A stretch of 57,635 bases of DNA from Nannocystales bacterium (GTDB lineage Bacteria; Myxococcota_A; Polyangia; Nannocystales; Nannocystaceae), in contig JBOEGF010000065.1 of the NCBI GenBank assembly GCA_050633305.1, positions 1 to 57,635 of the forward strand. The letters run 5' to 3'. The notes beneath the pieces were generated by a model. It did not search any database. It saw nothing but the letters and a program-made list of their open reading frames with translations, and had not been told where the DNA came from. Numbering within the stretch: the first letter of the stretch is position 1; each line of letters begins with the position of its first letter. This document shows positions 1 through 11,132 of this stretch, one piece after another. A program made the position numbers and the translations under genes.

Positions 1-1
1 C

Positions 2-346
2 CAGGTCAACCAGCACGGCCCCGTCTACGTCGACCACCCCCGCGAGCGCCACGTCCCCCCGGTCAGCGTAGGCATCAACGCAGACGGCAACATCGCCGTC
101 GCGTACACCATCCACGAGCTCTTCACCGGCTGGGTCCGCACCTTCGACGCCAACGCCGAGCCGCTCATGGACGAACAAGTCATCGCGGGCAACCACCTCC
201 TGCTGACCACCCCGCAGCTCGCGACGAGCTCGTGCTCCGACAGCCTCGCGGTGTCCTGGCTTCGCGATGACAGCGGCGCAGCCCGGTCGCGGGTGTACCG
301 GGCGGACAACGACAACGACGGCACGGCTGACCTTTGCTGCGGGTGA
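2..346 (+). repeat. Repeat A copy 1: 3' end of a hypothetical (beta-propeller-like) gene, open from the window edge to its stop
   Basis: Frame from nt 2 reads QVNQHGPVYVDHPRERH...RADNDNDGTADLCCG* with no stops; near-identical DNA recurs at ~5660, ~8870 and ~10790. Confidence 0.9.
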
Positions 347-591
347 GGCCCCACGGTCGAAGGAATGGTTTGGTGCGCTCAAAGCCCGCTGGTCTCACCC
401 CGGCAAGGCAGTACAAGCCGCTTGAGAGCTGCGACGTAGATGGCCTCCGCGTGCTTGTCGTCCGGGCCGCTTCATCAAGGCGCCGGCGCTCCTTCCCTCG
501 CGATGTGCTTCCACGACGCTCGTCGGTTGGTGGCCCTTGAGAGCCATTCTGATTGCTTGCGTCGAATGGGAAGTGGGAGACTCCGCTTCCG

Positions 592-2163
592 ATGGTTGAC
601 GTCCGCGTACACATGGACACGCTGGAGTACACCCGCCAGGGGCTACGCACGCGGGAGGCCATCCCGCTTCACGTGGGGCAGAACAACCGTGTTGTCCTGG
701 TTAGGCCAACCCGCCAGCCTGTGATCGCCGCTTCGTACGGCGGTTTTCCTCGCAACCTTTCCTTCCCCGGCCCGGCTATCGTGTCGATGCTGCAACACGA
801 GCACACGCTACACAAAGGCAAGACTCTGCGGCTCAATGAGCGAATCGGGGGCAACGCCAAGGCGCAGGTCTTTGCGCACAGCGATGCCAATGGCTCGGAG
901 TCTGAGAACAAAGCGCTGAGCGACCGCCGGGCCGGCTGTGTTGTCGCGTTGCTGACCCGGGACCCCGAGAGGCTGGTTTCCATCGCGTCCACCGAGGCCT
1001 GGGGGTTAGATGTGCAGCAGGTGATGTTGCGCAGCTTGGGTTGCGACCCCGGGCCCGTCGATGGGAAGCCGGGTGTTCTCACGACCGCAGCTGTTGAGGC
1101 GTTCCAGGCGGGTTACGGCGAGGGCGCCTTCCATAGGGGAGCAGACGCACCTCTGCAGACAGCGGTAGCCGTCGACGGAGATCTGGGGCCCGTCACAGCC
1201 GAGGCATTGATCGATGCGTACGTGTCCGAGATCTCGCCACGACTCTCGTCGGATTCGCTGGTCGCAGACCGCCCGGGAAACGGCTGCGCCTTCCACAACC
1301 CTGCTGTCAGTCCAAGCGACCACCGCAATCGTCGCGTGTCGCTGGTCATCCACCCCGGTCCCGTGGACCATCCCGAGGCGATGCCGTGCACGGAAGGCGA
1401 CGCGAGCCCTTGCGCGGTCGTGAACGATACCGCGGCACAGTCGTGCATGTGGTACCGCGAACACGCAGTCGAGAGCAGCTACGACAGCGCACGGCATCAC
1501 CACTTCCTGCCATCGTGGCTAGAACTCACGAATGGTCGCTACATGCTCAGTGTGCTCACCACCGTGCCCGAGGGGGAGACCATGGAGTTTCAGGTCTTCG
1601 CCGCGAGTCAAAGGATCCAGGGCGATCAACTCGAGCCTCACGGCATCCTTGGCGAGCCGCTCGGTGCGACGACTGTGTGCACGCCGCGGTTGGGTGTCGC
1701 GCAAGTCGTCTGGGTGCCACCAGCAGACTTCAGCCCCAACGCGGACGGGCAAGTCGTGTTCCCCGAGGGAAAGAGGCACCCCGTGTTTCGGGTGTCGCAT
1801 CCACTCTCCCAGTCGGAGGCTTACGGCCCTTGGCCTCGACTGGGTGTTGTCCTGCTCTCGACCGACGTTCCTGCCAACCTGAACCAGCGTGACGCGCTGC
1901 AATACAGATTGTTTGCTGAGGATGGTTCCTACGACGTCACGCAGTCGGCCGCTGACGCCGTGGATTCCGACGGGTACCTCGACCTCTACTTCCGGGGTCT
2001 CCCCAAGCGAGCTCGCTACTCGCTGACGATCACCGAGATCGGAGGTGGACAGACTCAGGTCTTCGAGAACATGCCGTTCTCCCAGCTGGAAACACTGAGC
2101 GACGTGACTCCCCATGACCTGCTCCACCCGTTCGACGGCGGTGACGACGAGGTCAAAGGATAG
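592..2163 (+). CDS. OmpA-like / peptidoglycan-binding domain protein
   Basis: OmpA-like motifs (AHSDANGSESENKALSDRRA ... RNRRVSL) interrupted by PG_binding_1-like segments (LGCDPGPVDGKPGVLTTAAVEAFQ; VDGDLGPVT); paralog at 23741-25267; start chosen by alignment with that paralog. Confidence 0.75.
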   Translation: MVDVRVHMDTLEYTRQGLRTREAIPLHVGQNNRVVLVRPTRQPVIAASYGGFPRNLSFPGPAIVSMLQHEHTLHKGKTLRLNERIGGNAKAQVFAHSDANGSESENKALSDRRAGCVVALLTRDPERLVSIASTEAWGLDVQQVMLRSLGCDPGPVDGKPGVLTTAAVEAFQAGYGEGAFHRGADAPLQTAVAVDGDLGPVTAEALIDAYVSEISPRLSSDSLVADRPGNGCAFHNPAVSPSDHRNRRVSLVIHPGPVDHPEAMPCTEGDASPCAVVNDTAAQSCMWYREHAVESSYDSARHHHFLPSWLELTNGRYMLSVLTTVPEGETMEFQVFAASQRIQGDQLEPHGILGEPLGATTVCTPRLGVAQVVWVPPADFSPNADGQVVFPEGKRHPVFRVSHPLSQSEAYGPWPRLGVVLLSTDVPANLNQRDALQYRLFAEDGSYDVTQSAADAVDSDGYLDLYFRGLPKRARYSLTITEIGGGQTQVFENMPFSQLETLSDVTPHDLLHPFDGGDDEVKG

Positions 2164-2172
2164 CAGGTTCGA

Positions 2173-4032
2173 ATGGTTGACCCCCTCGATCGATTTCGTT
2201 CTGGAACCCATACTTGCAAGCCCTTTCGCTACAAGCGCCATCAGAGAAAACCCAAGGAGACGCCAGATAAGACGATCGTGCTCGGGCTAGAGTGCGCCCA
2301 CAAGACCCCTCCTGCCCCACATCCTCGGGTGTTTCAGCTGACCGGTCGCTACGAGACCTCCGGGGGTGCAGCGGTGTCTGTTTGCTTGAACCAAGCCGGC
2401 AACTTCGTGGCGCTGTGGATCTCGAGGATCAACGAGAAAGACGTGGTCCACTATGTCGGCTCCGGCGAGCAGCCGAATTTCACCCTCTATGAGCCCGACA
2501 ACTTGGAAAAATCGGCGGGTACGATGGGCCCCGGGGACGGCAAAACGCACGACCTCGCTTTGGAGTTCGACACGGGGTCCTTCAACCCTGGCGGTCCCTG
2601 GAAGCTGAGTCGATACAGCCGGCGGCCAACACTGTCCGACCGAGCGCTTGCGCAACTCGGCACGAGCGCGGAGGCCAAGATTGCACGACGTCTAGAGCAC
2701 AGTCCGCTCAACCACGAGTTCCTGGAAAAAATCACGGAGAGGCTTACTGGCAGTGCGTTCGCAGACAAGCTGGATTACTTCTTCGAGCAGGAGATCGAGA
2801 AACATGGACTCGGAACTGAGCTGAAAGCAGCGGGGGATGCCCTGAACACGTTCTTGGGCAACATAGCCACAGGACACAAGACGAGCTTCTTCGCGCGGCG
2901 GGCCGACTACCAGCGGCACATGCTTCGCGTGTTGCGAACTCGATCTTGGACGTCGGGTCGTGCGGTGAGCTTCGGACCCAACAGCGGGGCATCCTCTACA
3001 CGCCCGTTGTACGATTGGCTGATGGCCGTCGTCGCGATCCGGAGCCGGCCGCCGTTTCAGGTCGCGCCCGCTCCACCGTACGGCTACGACACGAATAACT
3101 TCCACGAGGACTTTCTCGGGCTCCCCAAAGTCACCGACGAAATGAAGTACGAGTACGAATTCAAGCTCCAGCAGACGGGGGTGGCTGGTGACCTCGGCGT
3201 TGGGGTCGGTGTGTTCAAAGGCGAACTCGAAATTCGACAGACGAAGCCGGAGCGTCAGGAGAAGTCATGGTCATACGTTACTATGGTGGTCGGCGTGTCG
3301 TTCGGGTTTTCCGGTGGTGTTACGCTGATAAAGGATGCGACTGGGGTTGGGCGCTCTCATTTTGCTTGGACCGAGGCTGACTTCCTCGGTCGTGCGAACG
3401 TTTTCGAAGAGGGCACTACGACAGCCATTGTAGGAGGGATATCCCAGGGCACGACCACGTGGAGTATTCGGAGCGCCGCGGGCCCAGGAGTCATGGACGT
3501 CGACTTCGGCTCTGCGCTCGTCGTTGGCGCTGCGGTCGGCAAAGAGGCTGGCGAAGCCATCGGGTACATTCGGCAAGACGACGACGCGCTTCGGAACGTC
3601 GTCGTAAAGGCCCACTCCACGGCCTGGGACGGCTATCACGCACGCTACCGCGGAACAGCGGACGCGCATTTTGATCTCGGCAGCGCGCAACTCACTCCGC
3701 AGGCTATCCGTACCCTCGGCTACACGGCGTCCGCTGAACTCGCGGCATTGCAACGAGGGAGCAGCAAGATGATGATCATCGGAACTGCCGACCGGGTGGA
3801 TCGCGCTTGGTATAATCAGTTGCTTTCGAGGTTGCGCGCGGAGAACGTCGCTCAGGTGTTCGACGACTGCCTCGGCCTAGACCTAAAAGCGTCGGTCGAC
3901 ACCTACGGACTCGGCGAAACACCGGCCGAACACGCTGGTGACGCGGACGACACCGAGAATCCGAAGTATCGTCGGGTGCTTCTCGTCCTCGACGGGCACT
4001 CGATCGCGCGGCTGCAAGTGGCTCGACCATGA
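2173..4032 (+). CDS. Large protein with C-terminal OmpA-like domain (putative secreted effector)
   Basis: 619-aa ORF; C-terminus has HFDLGSAQLT, GTADRV, YNQLLSRLRAENV, GLGET, NPKYRRV; Gly-rich central beta region. Confidence 0.7.
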   Translation: MVDPLDRFRSGTHTCKPFRYKRHQRKPKETPDKTIVLGLECAHKTPPAPHPRVFQLTGRYETSGGAAVSVCLNQAGNFVALWISRINEKDVVHYVGSGEQPNFTLYEPDNLEKSAGTMGPGDGKTHDLALEFDTGSFNPGGPWKLSRYSRRPTLSDRALAQLGTSAEAKIARRLEHSPLNHEFLEKITERLTGSAFADKLDYFFEQEIEKHGLGTELKAAGDALNTFLGNIATGHKTSFFARRADYQRHMLRVLRTRSWTSGRAVSFGPNSGASSTRPLYDWLMAVVAIRSRPPFQVAPAPPYGYDTNNFHEDFLGLPKVTDEMKYEYEFKLQQTGVAGDLGVGVGVFKGELEIRQTKPERQEKSWSYVTMVVGVSFGFSGGVTLIKDATGVGRSHFAWTEADFLGRANVFEEGTTTAIVGGISQGTTTWSIRSAAGPGVMDVDFGSALVVGAAVGKEAGEAIGYIRQDDDALRNVVVKAHSTAWDGYHARYRGTADAHFDLGSAQLTPQAIRTLGYTASAELAALQRGSSKMMIIGTADRVDRAWYNQLLSRLRAENVAQVFDDCLGLDLKASVDTYGLGETPAEHAGDADDTENPKYRRVLLVLDGHSIARLQVARP

Positions 4033-5366
4033 TGCGAATTGCTCGAACCATGGGGGCAATGGCTTGTGGGGTCGCACTCGCGTGCAAACCCAAGCCTCGG
4101 AGCCCGCAGCAGGAGGGCTCGTCCCAAGCAGCATCGTCCGAAGCGTTGTCCGTCGATGCCGACGAGCAGGCAGCAGGGGGCTATCTCGAACGAGTCGTTC
4201 AGCTGGACATCAATGGAGGCAAGTCGTGCGCCCTCACCGAGGACGGTTCGGTCTACTGTTGGGGCCACCAATCAGGCACGCCGGGCAGCGAGCCCAAAAG
4301 CCTCTACGAGGACGCCCCCCGCCCTTATCTTGTTCCCGCGGGACGACCGGTCATTCGTCTCTTCAAGAATGACTTGGGATTGCGCGCCCTTGACGTCGAC
4401 GGGGTGGTACACGCTTCGGGCTCGGTGCCAGATTGCCGTAACGGCCCCGAGGGGGTCGAAGGATCTGAGGACCAACGGAGACGGTGGCTTGAGGCATTCC
4501 CGGACGAGGTCGTTGCCTACGATAGGTCGGGTGTTGTCTCCAGCCGCCTCCTCCCCCGGCCTGCCACCGTCCCCGTCGGAGCTTCACCGCTAGACGTGGA
4601 ACGCGTTGGGATATGTCAAGTTTCAGACGATGGCGTACTCGTCTGTATCGACGCGTGCGGCGCAGATGCATTGGGAGGGGTGCTTCTGAAGCGGCCGCAT
4701 GTAGAGCCCGGCATTCTCCTCGATCGTCGTGCTGCAATGCTCTCCGCGATTGGAAGCACACTGTACGGACCCCTCCCTGAGTGCGTCGGAGAACCCCTGC
4801 AGCGGGGAGAATGCGATGTTCAGCCCACCTACGAAGCTTCCCTTCCTTCAGATATCCGTGAAATCATCATCCGAAACGAGGGGACCATCGCCGTTCTGGA
4901 TGTCTCTGGGTCGGTCTCGATAATCCTCGTCTCCCCCGAGCACGGAACCGATCCCCTACCGGTGTACGAGAGCTTCGGCAGTGGGATCAGCACCATCGCG
5001 ATGAACGGCTTTAACCGCGTCTGCGGAGTCCAACCAGGGGGGCTCGTATTCTGCCAGGTCCCGGGGCCCGAGAACCCGCTTTGGGACAAGGTGCAGACGA
5101 TCTCCGGCACGGCGGATATCGTCCAGCTCAGCGGCGGAGGGACCCATATGTGTGGAATACGGAGCGACGGACGTGTCGCCTGCTGGGGGTACAACGAAAA
5201 TGGAGAGCTTGGAAATGGGGAGCCCTCGGGTCCGGGGATCGACCAAAAACACGCAACTTTGGTTGTCGCGCCCGTTGGGGGCCAGTCGAACGGGCCCCAA
5301 GTCGCCCATCGGATGGAGCACACCTTCCGCGTCCCTCCAACAACCGATGGACCGGGAGGTGGTTGA
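4029..5366 (+). CDS. Lipoprotein with RCC1-like repeats (putative immunity protein)
   Basis: Lipobox VALAC; RCC1-type segments SCALTEDGSVYCWG and HMCGIRSDGRVACWGYNENGELGNG; ATGA overlap with upstream gene. Confidence 0.75.
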   Translation: MMRIARTMGAMACGVALACKPKPRSPQQEGSSQAASSEALSVDADEQAAGGYLERVVQLDINGGKSCALTEDGSVYCWGHQSGTPGSEPKSLYEDAPRPYLVPAGRPVIRLFKNDLGLRALDVDGVVHASGSVPDCRNGPEGVEGSEDQRRRWLEAFPDEVVAYDRSGVVSSRLLPRPATVPVGASPLDVERVGICQVSDDGVLVCIDACGADALGGVLLKRPHVEPGILLDRRAAMLSAIGSTLYGPLPECVGEPLQRGECDVQPTYEASLPSDIREIIIRNEGTIAVLDVSGSVSIILVSPEHGTDPLPVYESFGSGISTIAMNGFNRVCGVQPGGLVFCQVPGPENPLWDKVQTISGTADIVQLSGGGTHMCGIRSDGRVACWGYNENGELGNGEPSGPGIDQKHATLVVAPVGGQSNGPQVAHRMEHTFRVPPTTDGPGGG

Positions 5367-5469
5367 GCCAACGAGACGTACGCCGTTGGCTCGATTGGCG
5401 CATGGCGGATGGGACCCTGTCGTAGACCGGAGGCCTTGCGATGGCCGACGGGGACCCAGGAGCGACGGA

Positions 5470-6006
5470 GCGCCGCTTCAACCAGGACGGCACCCCCCTC
5501 GAAGACGCCTGGCCCGCCTTCGCCCGGGTGACCCAACCACCAGCCCCTGCGACGTCGACATGGCGAGCGACGGCCGGTTCGCCATCACCTGGGTTTCCAA
5601 CGACTCAGACGACGGCTTCCTGCACGCCTACGACACCGACGCTCAGCTCCTCGGAGTCGCCCAGGTCAACCAGCACGGCCCCATCTACGTCAACCATCCC
5701 CGAGAGCGCCACGTCCCCCCGGCCAGCGTAGGCATCAACGCCGACGGCAACATCGCCGTCGCATACACCATCCACGAACTCTTCATCGGCTGGGTCCGCA
5801 CCTTCGACGCCAACGCCGAGCCCCTCATGGACGAACAAGCCATCGCGGGCAACCACCTCCTGCTGACCACCCCCCAGCTCGCGACGAGCTCGTGCTCCGA
5901 CAGCCTCGCGGTGTCCTGGCTCCGCGACGACAGCGGCGCCGCACGGTCGCATGTGTACCGGGCAGACAACGACGACGACGGCACGGCTGATCTTCGCTGC
6001 GGGTGA
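5470..6006 (+). repeat. Repeat A copy 2 (longest; frameshifted 3' gene fragment)
   Basis: Matches 1-346 and ends at the same stop (GTADLRCG*); frame change near 5545. Confidence 0.9.
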
Positions 6007-6568
6007 GTGTCGAAGTCGAAGGGCAAGCTGAGTTTCGACCCGCCGGAACCGCACCCTCATCCTTCAAAGACAACCCCTCCACCTCCTCGGCTACACCGGC
6101 GAAGGCGAGAGCATGCACGCAAGTCGAAGCCCGACCAGCTTCGACTCCGCCGCAGCCATTCGCGGCAGCTTCTTGTCGCTCGACGCGGACACCCCGGCAA
6201 TTCGTAGAAGGTCCTTGGCGTTGTGTGGGTGAACCACTGTCTCGCGAAGTGGTCTGGTCTTGCAGGCTCCGTGGCCGACCGGATTCGCGAACCTGTCGCT
6301 TGGGTCAGGTCGCTTCGATGACAACACAGCGAACTGCCCACGCGCGAGGGCGGTGTCGACGGAACCCTGTCTGCCCGACACCTGTCCCTTTAGCGGTTTT
6401 TCTCTCGCCCGCTATCACTGTGCGTCCTACCTTCCGCGCTCGGCGTCGCCATGGTGCGCGACTCCGAACCGATGGCGTGCACCTTCGCGGCCAGCCTTGC
6501 ACCCGTAAGACGAAGTCGTAGGCCCCGCCGATGTTAGGTGTCCGACATCCAAGAACAGGAAGAGAACA

Positions 6569-7564
6569 ATGTCCGAATCACAATCGAAACCCGCCCCAGC
6601 GCCGCATCTACCCGCAACTTTGCTCCTTCTCTTTGGGGGGCTGATCACGGCCGCGTGCGCCACAGGCGAGGGACCATCTGGACCGCAGATCACGGGATTC
6701 GAGTCCTTTGGCACTGAGGGAGACAGTGAGGTCGTGGATACCGATGGCGATACCGACGGGTCGATGCCAGAGCAAGGATATCTGTGGTGCATGGAGGCCA
6801 CCAACTCCAGCTACGAGGACGGGGCTACCGTTGAGCCCATTTACTACGCCGGAACTATGGACAGCCCACAGGGGTGCGTGTGCGCTCCACAAGAGGTGCA
6901 CGAGTGGCTGACGGACAACGCTGTCAGCGGAGAAGTGGACGTTTCGCCGTCGGCATCTCTTCCGCAAGAGATCGGGCTGCTGAGAGTCTTCGCGTACAAC
7001 GAAGCAGAGTCGGTGTGCTTCAGCGAAGCGCCCGACCCTGTTTCGTTCCCCAACAACTGCGAAGATGGCCTCGTAGAGGGTGGCGCTCTCGATGCCGCCG
7101 TCGTGGCCGGGTTCCAGTATCCGACGCTTCACCTGGGGGACTACGACCTCGAGACGGAGTGCGTCGTCAGCCGTTTCTACGTGGATGGCGACTACGAGCC
7201 GCCGGGAGAGACGTGCAGCTTCATGACGGGGAGCTACAGCTTCACCACGTCTTCAAACGGCACCTTGGAGGTCGACGCCGACCTTGTGGAAGACATCCTC
7301 GGTCAGCCTGGCTGCCTCTACTCCGAGGCGGGGCGCATCGCGCTGGTCGGCGGGGACTACGAGTTCACCGGGATCAAGAGCGGGGACCTCCTGTGGGAGC
7401 TCGGGATTCGGAATGGCGATGAGCCCAGAACTGTCAACGGATCCGACGTCACGACTGTAGATGGTGCCTATGACGCCTGGTGGGCACTGCGTTCGGCGAA
7501 GGACTTTACCTTGGTCGTCGCTCGTGGACGCGGAACCACCGTGTTGAAGTTCAAGCTCGTCTAG
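6569..7564 (+). CDS. Cys-rich lipoprotein with C-terminal PDZ-like domain
   Basis: Lipobox ITAAC; C-terminus GDLLWELGIRNGDEPRTVNG...FTLVVARG resembles a GspC-type PDZ; paralog at 49424. Confidence 0.7.
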   Translation: MSESQSKPAPAPHLPATLLLLFGGLITAACATGEGPSGPQITGFESFGTEGDSEVVDTDGDTDGSMPEQGYLWCMEATNSSYEDGATVEPIYYAGTMDSPQGCVCAPQEVHEWLTDNAVSGEVDVSPSASLPQEIGLLRVFAYNEAESVCFSEAPDPVSFPNNCEDGLVEGGALDAAVVAGFQYPTLHLGDYDLETECVVSRFYVDGDYEPPGETCSFMTGSYSFTTSSNGTLEVDADLVEDILGQPGCLYSEAGRIALVGGDYEFTGIKSGDLLWELGIRNGDEPRTVNGSDVTTVDGAYDAWWALRSAKDFTLVVARGRGTTVLKFKLV

Positions 7565-7629
7565 AAGGGGTCGGGCGCTTGACGAGCCACCAAGGGCAGT
7601 GTGGACTGGTAGCCGTGTTCGCCGCTCGG

Positions 7630-8718
7630 ATGATGTTCCTGCTGCAGGCCGTGGTGGCCGGCCTGGCCACCGCGGCTTGCAGCGACCCCGGCGCGACGTT
7701 CGGATTTCCCCCCACCGACGTGGTGTACGAGGGCGACCTGATTCGCATTCGCGCCGCGCCGGGTCTTGAACCATGCGGAGGGACCGGGCGCTCAATGGAA
7801 GCGATGCTCTCGCTCTTGATCTCTGAGACCGAGCTCGGCGACCTGGAGAGTCCCATCGATGTCTACTGGCTGAATCTGGAGCAGGTGCTCGACATCTGCA
7901 CGGGCGGTGGATCCCAAGTGGTGGGGTGCTCACTCTCGACAACGGAGGCGGTCACGAGTCGAATGCCGGAGGAGCACGAAGTCGTGCACGCGTACTTTGA
8001 GCGCAAGGGGGCTGGTACGTTTCGCTACTCGTTCTTCGATGAAGGAATGGCGACTGTCTACGGCACGGAGACTCGCGCGCCTGCTCCTCAGACACCGCTC
8101 GAGGAGGCGATCATGTTCGACAGAAGGATGCCGGGGGTCCACAACCCGCGCGCCGGACACTTCGTCAGCTTCTTGATCGACGAATTCGGGCCTCCGACGA
8201 TGGCCGCATTCGTCGCCCAGTCGTCGTCCATCACGCCCGAGTCTTTGTCGGCCGACTTCGAGGCTCACTTCGGTGAGTCTCTGGAGCGGGTTATCGACGC
8301 GTACTCCGAGACACCTGAGTCCTGTACCGGGGCCGGATGGCAAAGGTTCTCGGCCTGTGAGCTGGAGCCGAATGAGTGGCGTAGCCCGTCTACGTGGGAA
8401 GTGGACGTTGGGGCGGCGTGCGAGTCAGAACTCTCCCTTGGGGCGGTCGGAGGCTCTGTGCGAGAGCGGTTTGTCTACGAAACCGTAGAGGACGTCGTCG
8501 TTGGTGTCGGTGGTGTCGGCGGCGCTGAAAGCCTGCCGACCGTAGAGCTGATGCGTTGCGGGGGAGGGTGCGACGACGAGTTCTCGTACACGCATGATCT
8601 CGACGAGGGAGGGTTGTTGTTTGGGCTTCCTCTAGACGCTGGCAGGTACCTCATGACCACGACGTTCGAGAATGATGACGAGGTCGAGCCGGGTACGATC
8701 GCGATTTCGCGAGGCTAG
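7630..8718 (+). CDS. Lipoprotein with HExxH zinc-peptidase (gluzincin-like) motif
   Basis: Lipobox ATAAC; HEVVH followed by FFDEGMA; paralogs at 44074 and 48545; start uncertain. Confidence 0.7.
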   Translation: MMFLLQAVVAGLATAACSDPGATFGFPPTDVVYEGDLIRIRAAPGLEPCGGTGRSMEAMLSLLISETELGDLESPIDVYWLNLEQVLDICTGGGSQVVGCSLSTTEAVTSRMPEEHEVVHAYFERKGAGTFRYSFFDEGMATVYGTETRAPAPQTPLEEAIMFDRRMPGVHNPRAGHFVSFLIDEFGPPTMAAFVAQSSSITPESLSADFEAHFGESLERVIDAYSETPESCTGAGWQRFSACELEPNEWRSPSTWEVDVGAACESELSLGAVGGSVRERFVYETVEDVVVGVGGVGGAESLPTVELMRCGGGCDDEFSYTHDLDEGGLLFGLPLDAGRYLMTTTFENDDEVEPGTIAISRG

Positions 8719-8755
8719 ATCCGCCTCCTCTGATGCTGCGAGCCGCGACCGAATT

Positions 8756-9100
8756 GCTTCAACCACGACGAAACGCTCTCGAAGAGGCATGGCACCACCT
8801 GGGTTTCAAACGACTCCGACGGCGGCTTCCTGCACGCCTACGACTCCGACGCTCAGCTTCTCGGAGTCGCCCGGGTCAACCAGCGCGGCCCCATCTACGT
8901 CAATCATCCCCGCGAGCGCCACATCCCCCCGGTCAGCGTAGGCATCAACGCCGACGGCAACATCGCCGTCGCGTACACCGTCCACGAGTTCTTCACCGGC
9001 TGGGTCCGCACCTTCGACGCCAACGCCGATCCGCTCACGGACGAACAAGTCATCGCGGGCAACCACCTCCTGCTGACCACCCCCGAGCTCGCGACGAGCT
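8756..9100 (+). repeat. Repeat A copy 3 (internal deletion, 3'-truncated)
   Basis: Aligns to ~5475-5890 with a deletion near 8795; homology stops after GCGACGAGCT. Confidence 0.9.
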
Positions 9101-9122
9101 TGGCACACTGCCCAGCCCGAAT

Positions 9123-10025
9123 TCACCGCCGCTGAACCGCGTCTCCGACCATTGTTCCTGTCTCCGCGCGTTCGAACAGCCACCCCTCAGAACTTGCCCG
9201 ACGCTCCAGGTGAAACACCCTCGCCTCATCGAGATTGGGCCCTCGGCCCCAGGCGCTCGAGAGCCGGGCGCTCGTGCCATTCGGCCAGCGGAACGTGCCG
9301 CCCGGGATGTGAGCTCTGAGCTCCGGGCCGGGATCCGATCCTTCCAACACGCCCCAGACCTCCAGCGTGTACTGCTGAAGTGGAGTCCCAGAGCTGCCGG
9401 GCGCAGGGTTCTCGACGAGCACTCCGCCCGACTCGAGGACAGCGTGATGGGTTCGTGGGACCGCCAGCACCACCAGCTTCCGGGCAGAGTCTGACTGAGC
9501 CGCTCGCTGACCACGGTGTGCTCCCCACACCCAGGTTGTCCAACAGCCTCCAAGGCACGAGTACGTATCGGTGCCGCTGCCACCAAAGACGACCGAGACG
9601 CCTGCTCCGCCGTGTTCGATGACCTCGTCATCTCCAGGTCCGAGAACAATGAGATTGAACCCCCCCCATACATGGACGGTGTCGGGACCGGGGGATCCTA
9701 TTGCGACCGACAACCCGCTGTTGAGGTGGAACTCTGTCCCGCCGGAACCTCCAGCGAGCGCGATACCGCCGTCTTTGTGAAGCGATGTTCGAGCGGCGCC
9801 GTTCGGAGCGAGTAGCAGGTCGAAACCAGGGCCGCCGATGAGTTCATTCAGGGGGTCCTCGGCAATGAGGATGTCGGCCGCGCGTCCGCCAGCGTCGAAT
9901 ACGCGACCCTCAAGGGTGACTCGCGTACCCCGGCCTTTCTCCGCTGCCGTCGTCGGCACCAGCGCAGACTCGGAGTCGCCTCCGACCGCGAGCAGCACAA
10001 GGATCACGATTGCACGGAGAATCAT
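9123..10025 (-). CDS. Secreted protein with degenerate RTX-like GGxGxD repeats
   Basis: Signal-like MILRAIVILVLLAVGG; repeats LIGGPGFD, GSPGPDTV, LGPGDDEV, FGGSGTDT. Confidence 0.55.
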   Translation of the reverse strand: MILRAIVILVLLAVGGDSESALVPTTAAEKGRGTRVTLEGRVFDAGGRAADILIAEDPLNELIGGPGFDLLLAPNGAARTSLHKDGGIALAGGSGGTEFHLNSGLSVAIGSPGPDTVHVWGGFNLIVLGPGDDEVIEHGGAGVSVVFGGSGTDTYSCLGGCWTTWVWGAHRGQRAAQSDSARKLVVLAVPRTHHAVLESGGVLVENPAPGSSGTPLQQYTLEVWGVLEGSDPGPELRAHIPGGTFRWPNGTSARLSSAWGRGPNLDEARVFHLERRASSEGWLFERAETGTMVGDAVQRR

Positions 10026-10041
10026 GGCGAGCTTTGCTTCC

Positions 10042-10569
10042 TCATGACTCGGCCGCGCAGGCGGGGAGCAAGTCCTCTTCGCATGGGCCGTTGGTGCAAA
10101 CCACGCCCACCAGCCCCGCGAGACACTCTCCCTCCACGGGAAAGGCCAGGCCGTTCCAGGTGTCTTGTTCCACCGTGACGCGAAGAACCGAGTCGAGGCA
10201 GTTCCCAACCCCTCCTTCGATCACCACGGAAAATCCGTCGTCCTCCAGGCCATCTACTACCGAAATATGTACAAGTACTTCCGACCCCACCGCCTCCAGA
10301 CGCCAGGTGAGCGGATGGCGGACCGACTCGTCGCAGATCCAGCCCGGAATAAAGTCACCCTCTCCCCCCTCGTCTAGAATGATGGACCCAAGCTGCTCGA
10401 TCGCTGACTCAGTTTGATAAGCGACCCCGTATCGTCCGATGAGTTCTTGCGCAGCGGCCGCGAGCGGCACTCCTCCGTCTGCTCCGCCGCCGGCCGACTC
10501 AGACACTGCGGGGCCACACCCTCCCAGCAGGATCGCACTGAGGGTGCCGCGTACTACCCAGCCTGGCAT
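10042..10569 (-). CDS. Hypothetical lipoprotein
   Basis: Lipobox LLGGC; Cys-containing 175-aa ORF. Confidence 0.65.
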   Translation of the reverse strand: MPGWVVRGTLSAILLGGCGPAVSESAGGGADGGVPLAAAAQELIGRYGVAYQTESAIEQLGSIILDEGGEGDFIPGWICDESVRHPLTWRLEAVGSEVLVHISVVDGLEDDGFSVVIEGGVGNCLDSVLRVTVEQDTWNGLAFPVEGECLAGLVGVVCTNGPCEEDLLPACAAES

Positions 10570-10740
10570 ACGCCTACAACTTCAGAGTCGAACGATGGGA
10601 CAGGGACACACTGATCTCCGGTGACGGCACAGGGATCGCCGTCTGGTGCCTGCAGCGGGCAGTATTGAGCACAGACGTACCCGAACTCTAGCTCCAAGGC
10701 CCCTGGGCTGGCAACGCCGACCTCGGCGGGCACGCATGCT
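10554..10740 (-). pseudogene. 3' remnant of a Cys-rich protein gene, cut at Repeat A copy 4
   Basis: Reads CVPAEVG...YVCAQYCPLQAPDGDPCAVTGDQCVPVPSFDSEVVGVCQAG*; its stop overlaps the next gene's start; upstream frame runs into antisense repeat sequence. Confidence 0.6.
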
Positions 10741-11132
10741 CTTCCTGCACGCCTACGACTTCGACGCTCAGTTCCTCGGAGTCGCCCAAGGTCAGCCAGC
10801 ACGGCCCCGTCTACGTCGACCATCCCCGCGAGCGCCACATCCCCCCGGTCAGCGTAGGCATCAACGCCGACGGCAACATCGCCGTCGCGTACACCGTCCA
10901 CGAGTTCTTCACCGGCTGGGTCCGCACCTTCGACGCCAACGCCGAGCCACTCATGGACGAACAAGTCATCGCAGGCAACCACCTCCTGCTGACCACCCCG
11001 CAGCTCGCGACGAGCTCGTGCTCCGACAGCCTCGCGGTGTCCTGGCTTCGCGATGACAGTGGCGCAGCACGGTCGCGCGTGTACCGGGCGGACAACGACG
11101 ACGACGGCACGGCGGATCTTTGCTGTCGGTGA
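10741..11132 (+). repeat. Repeat A copy 4 (frameshifted)
   Basis: Matches copies 1-3; extra base near 10789; ends at same stop followed by GGCCCC as in copy 1. Confidence 0.9.
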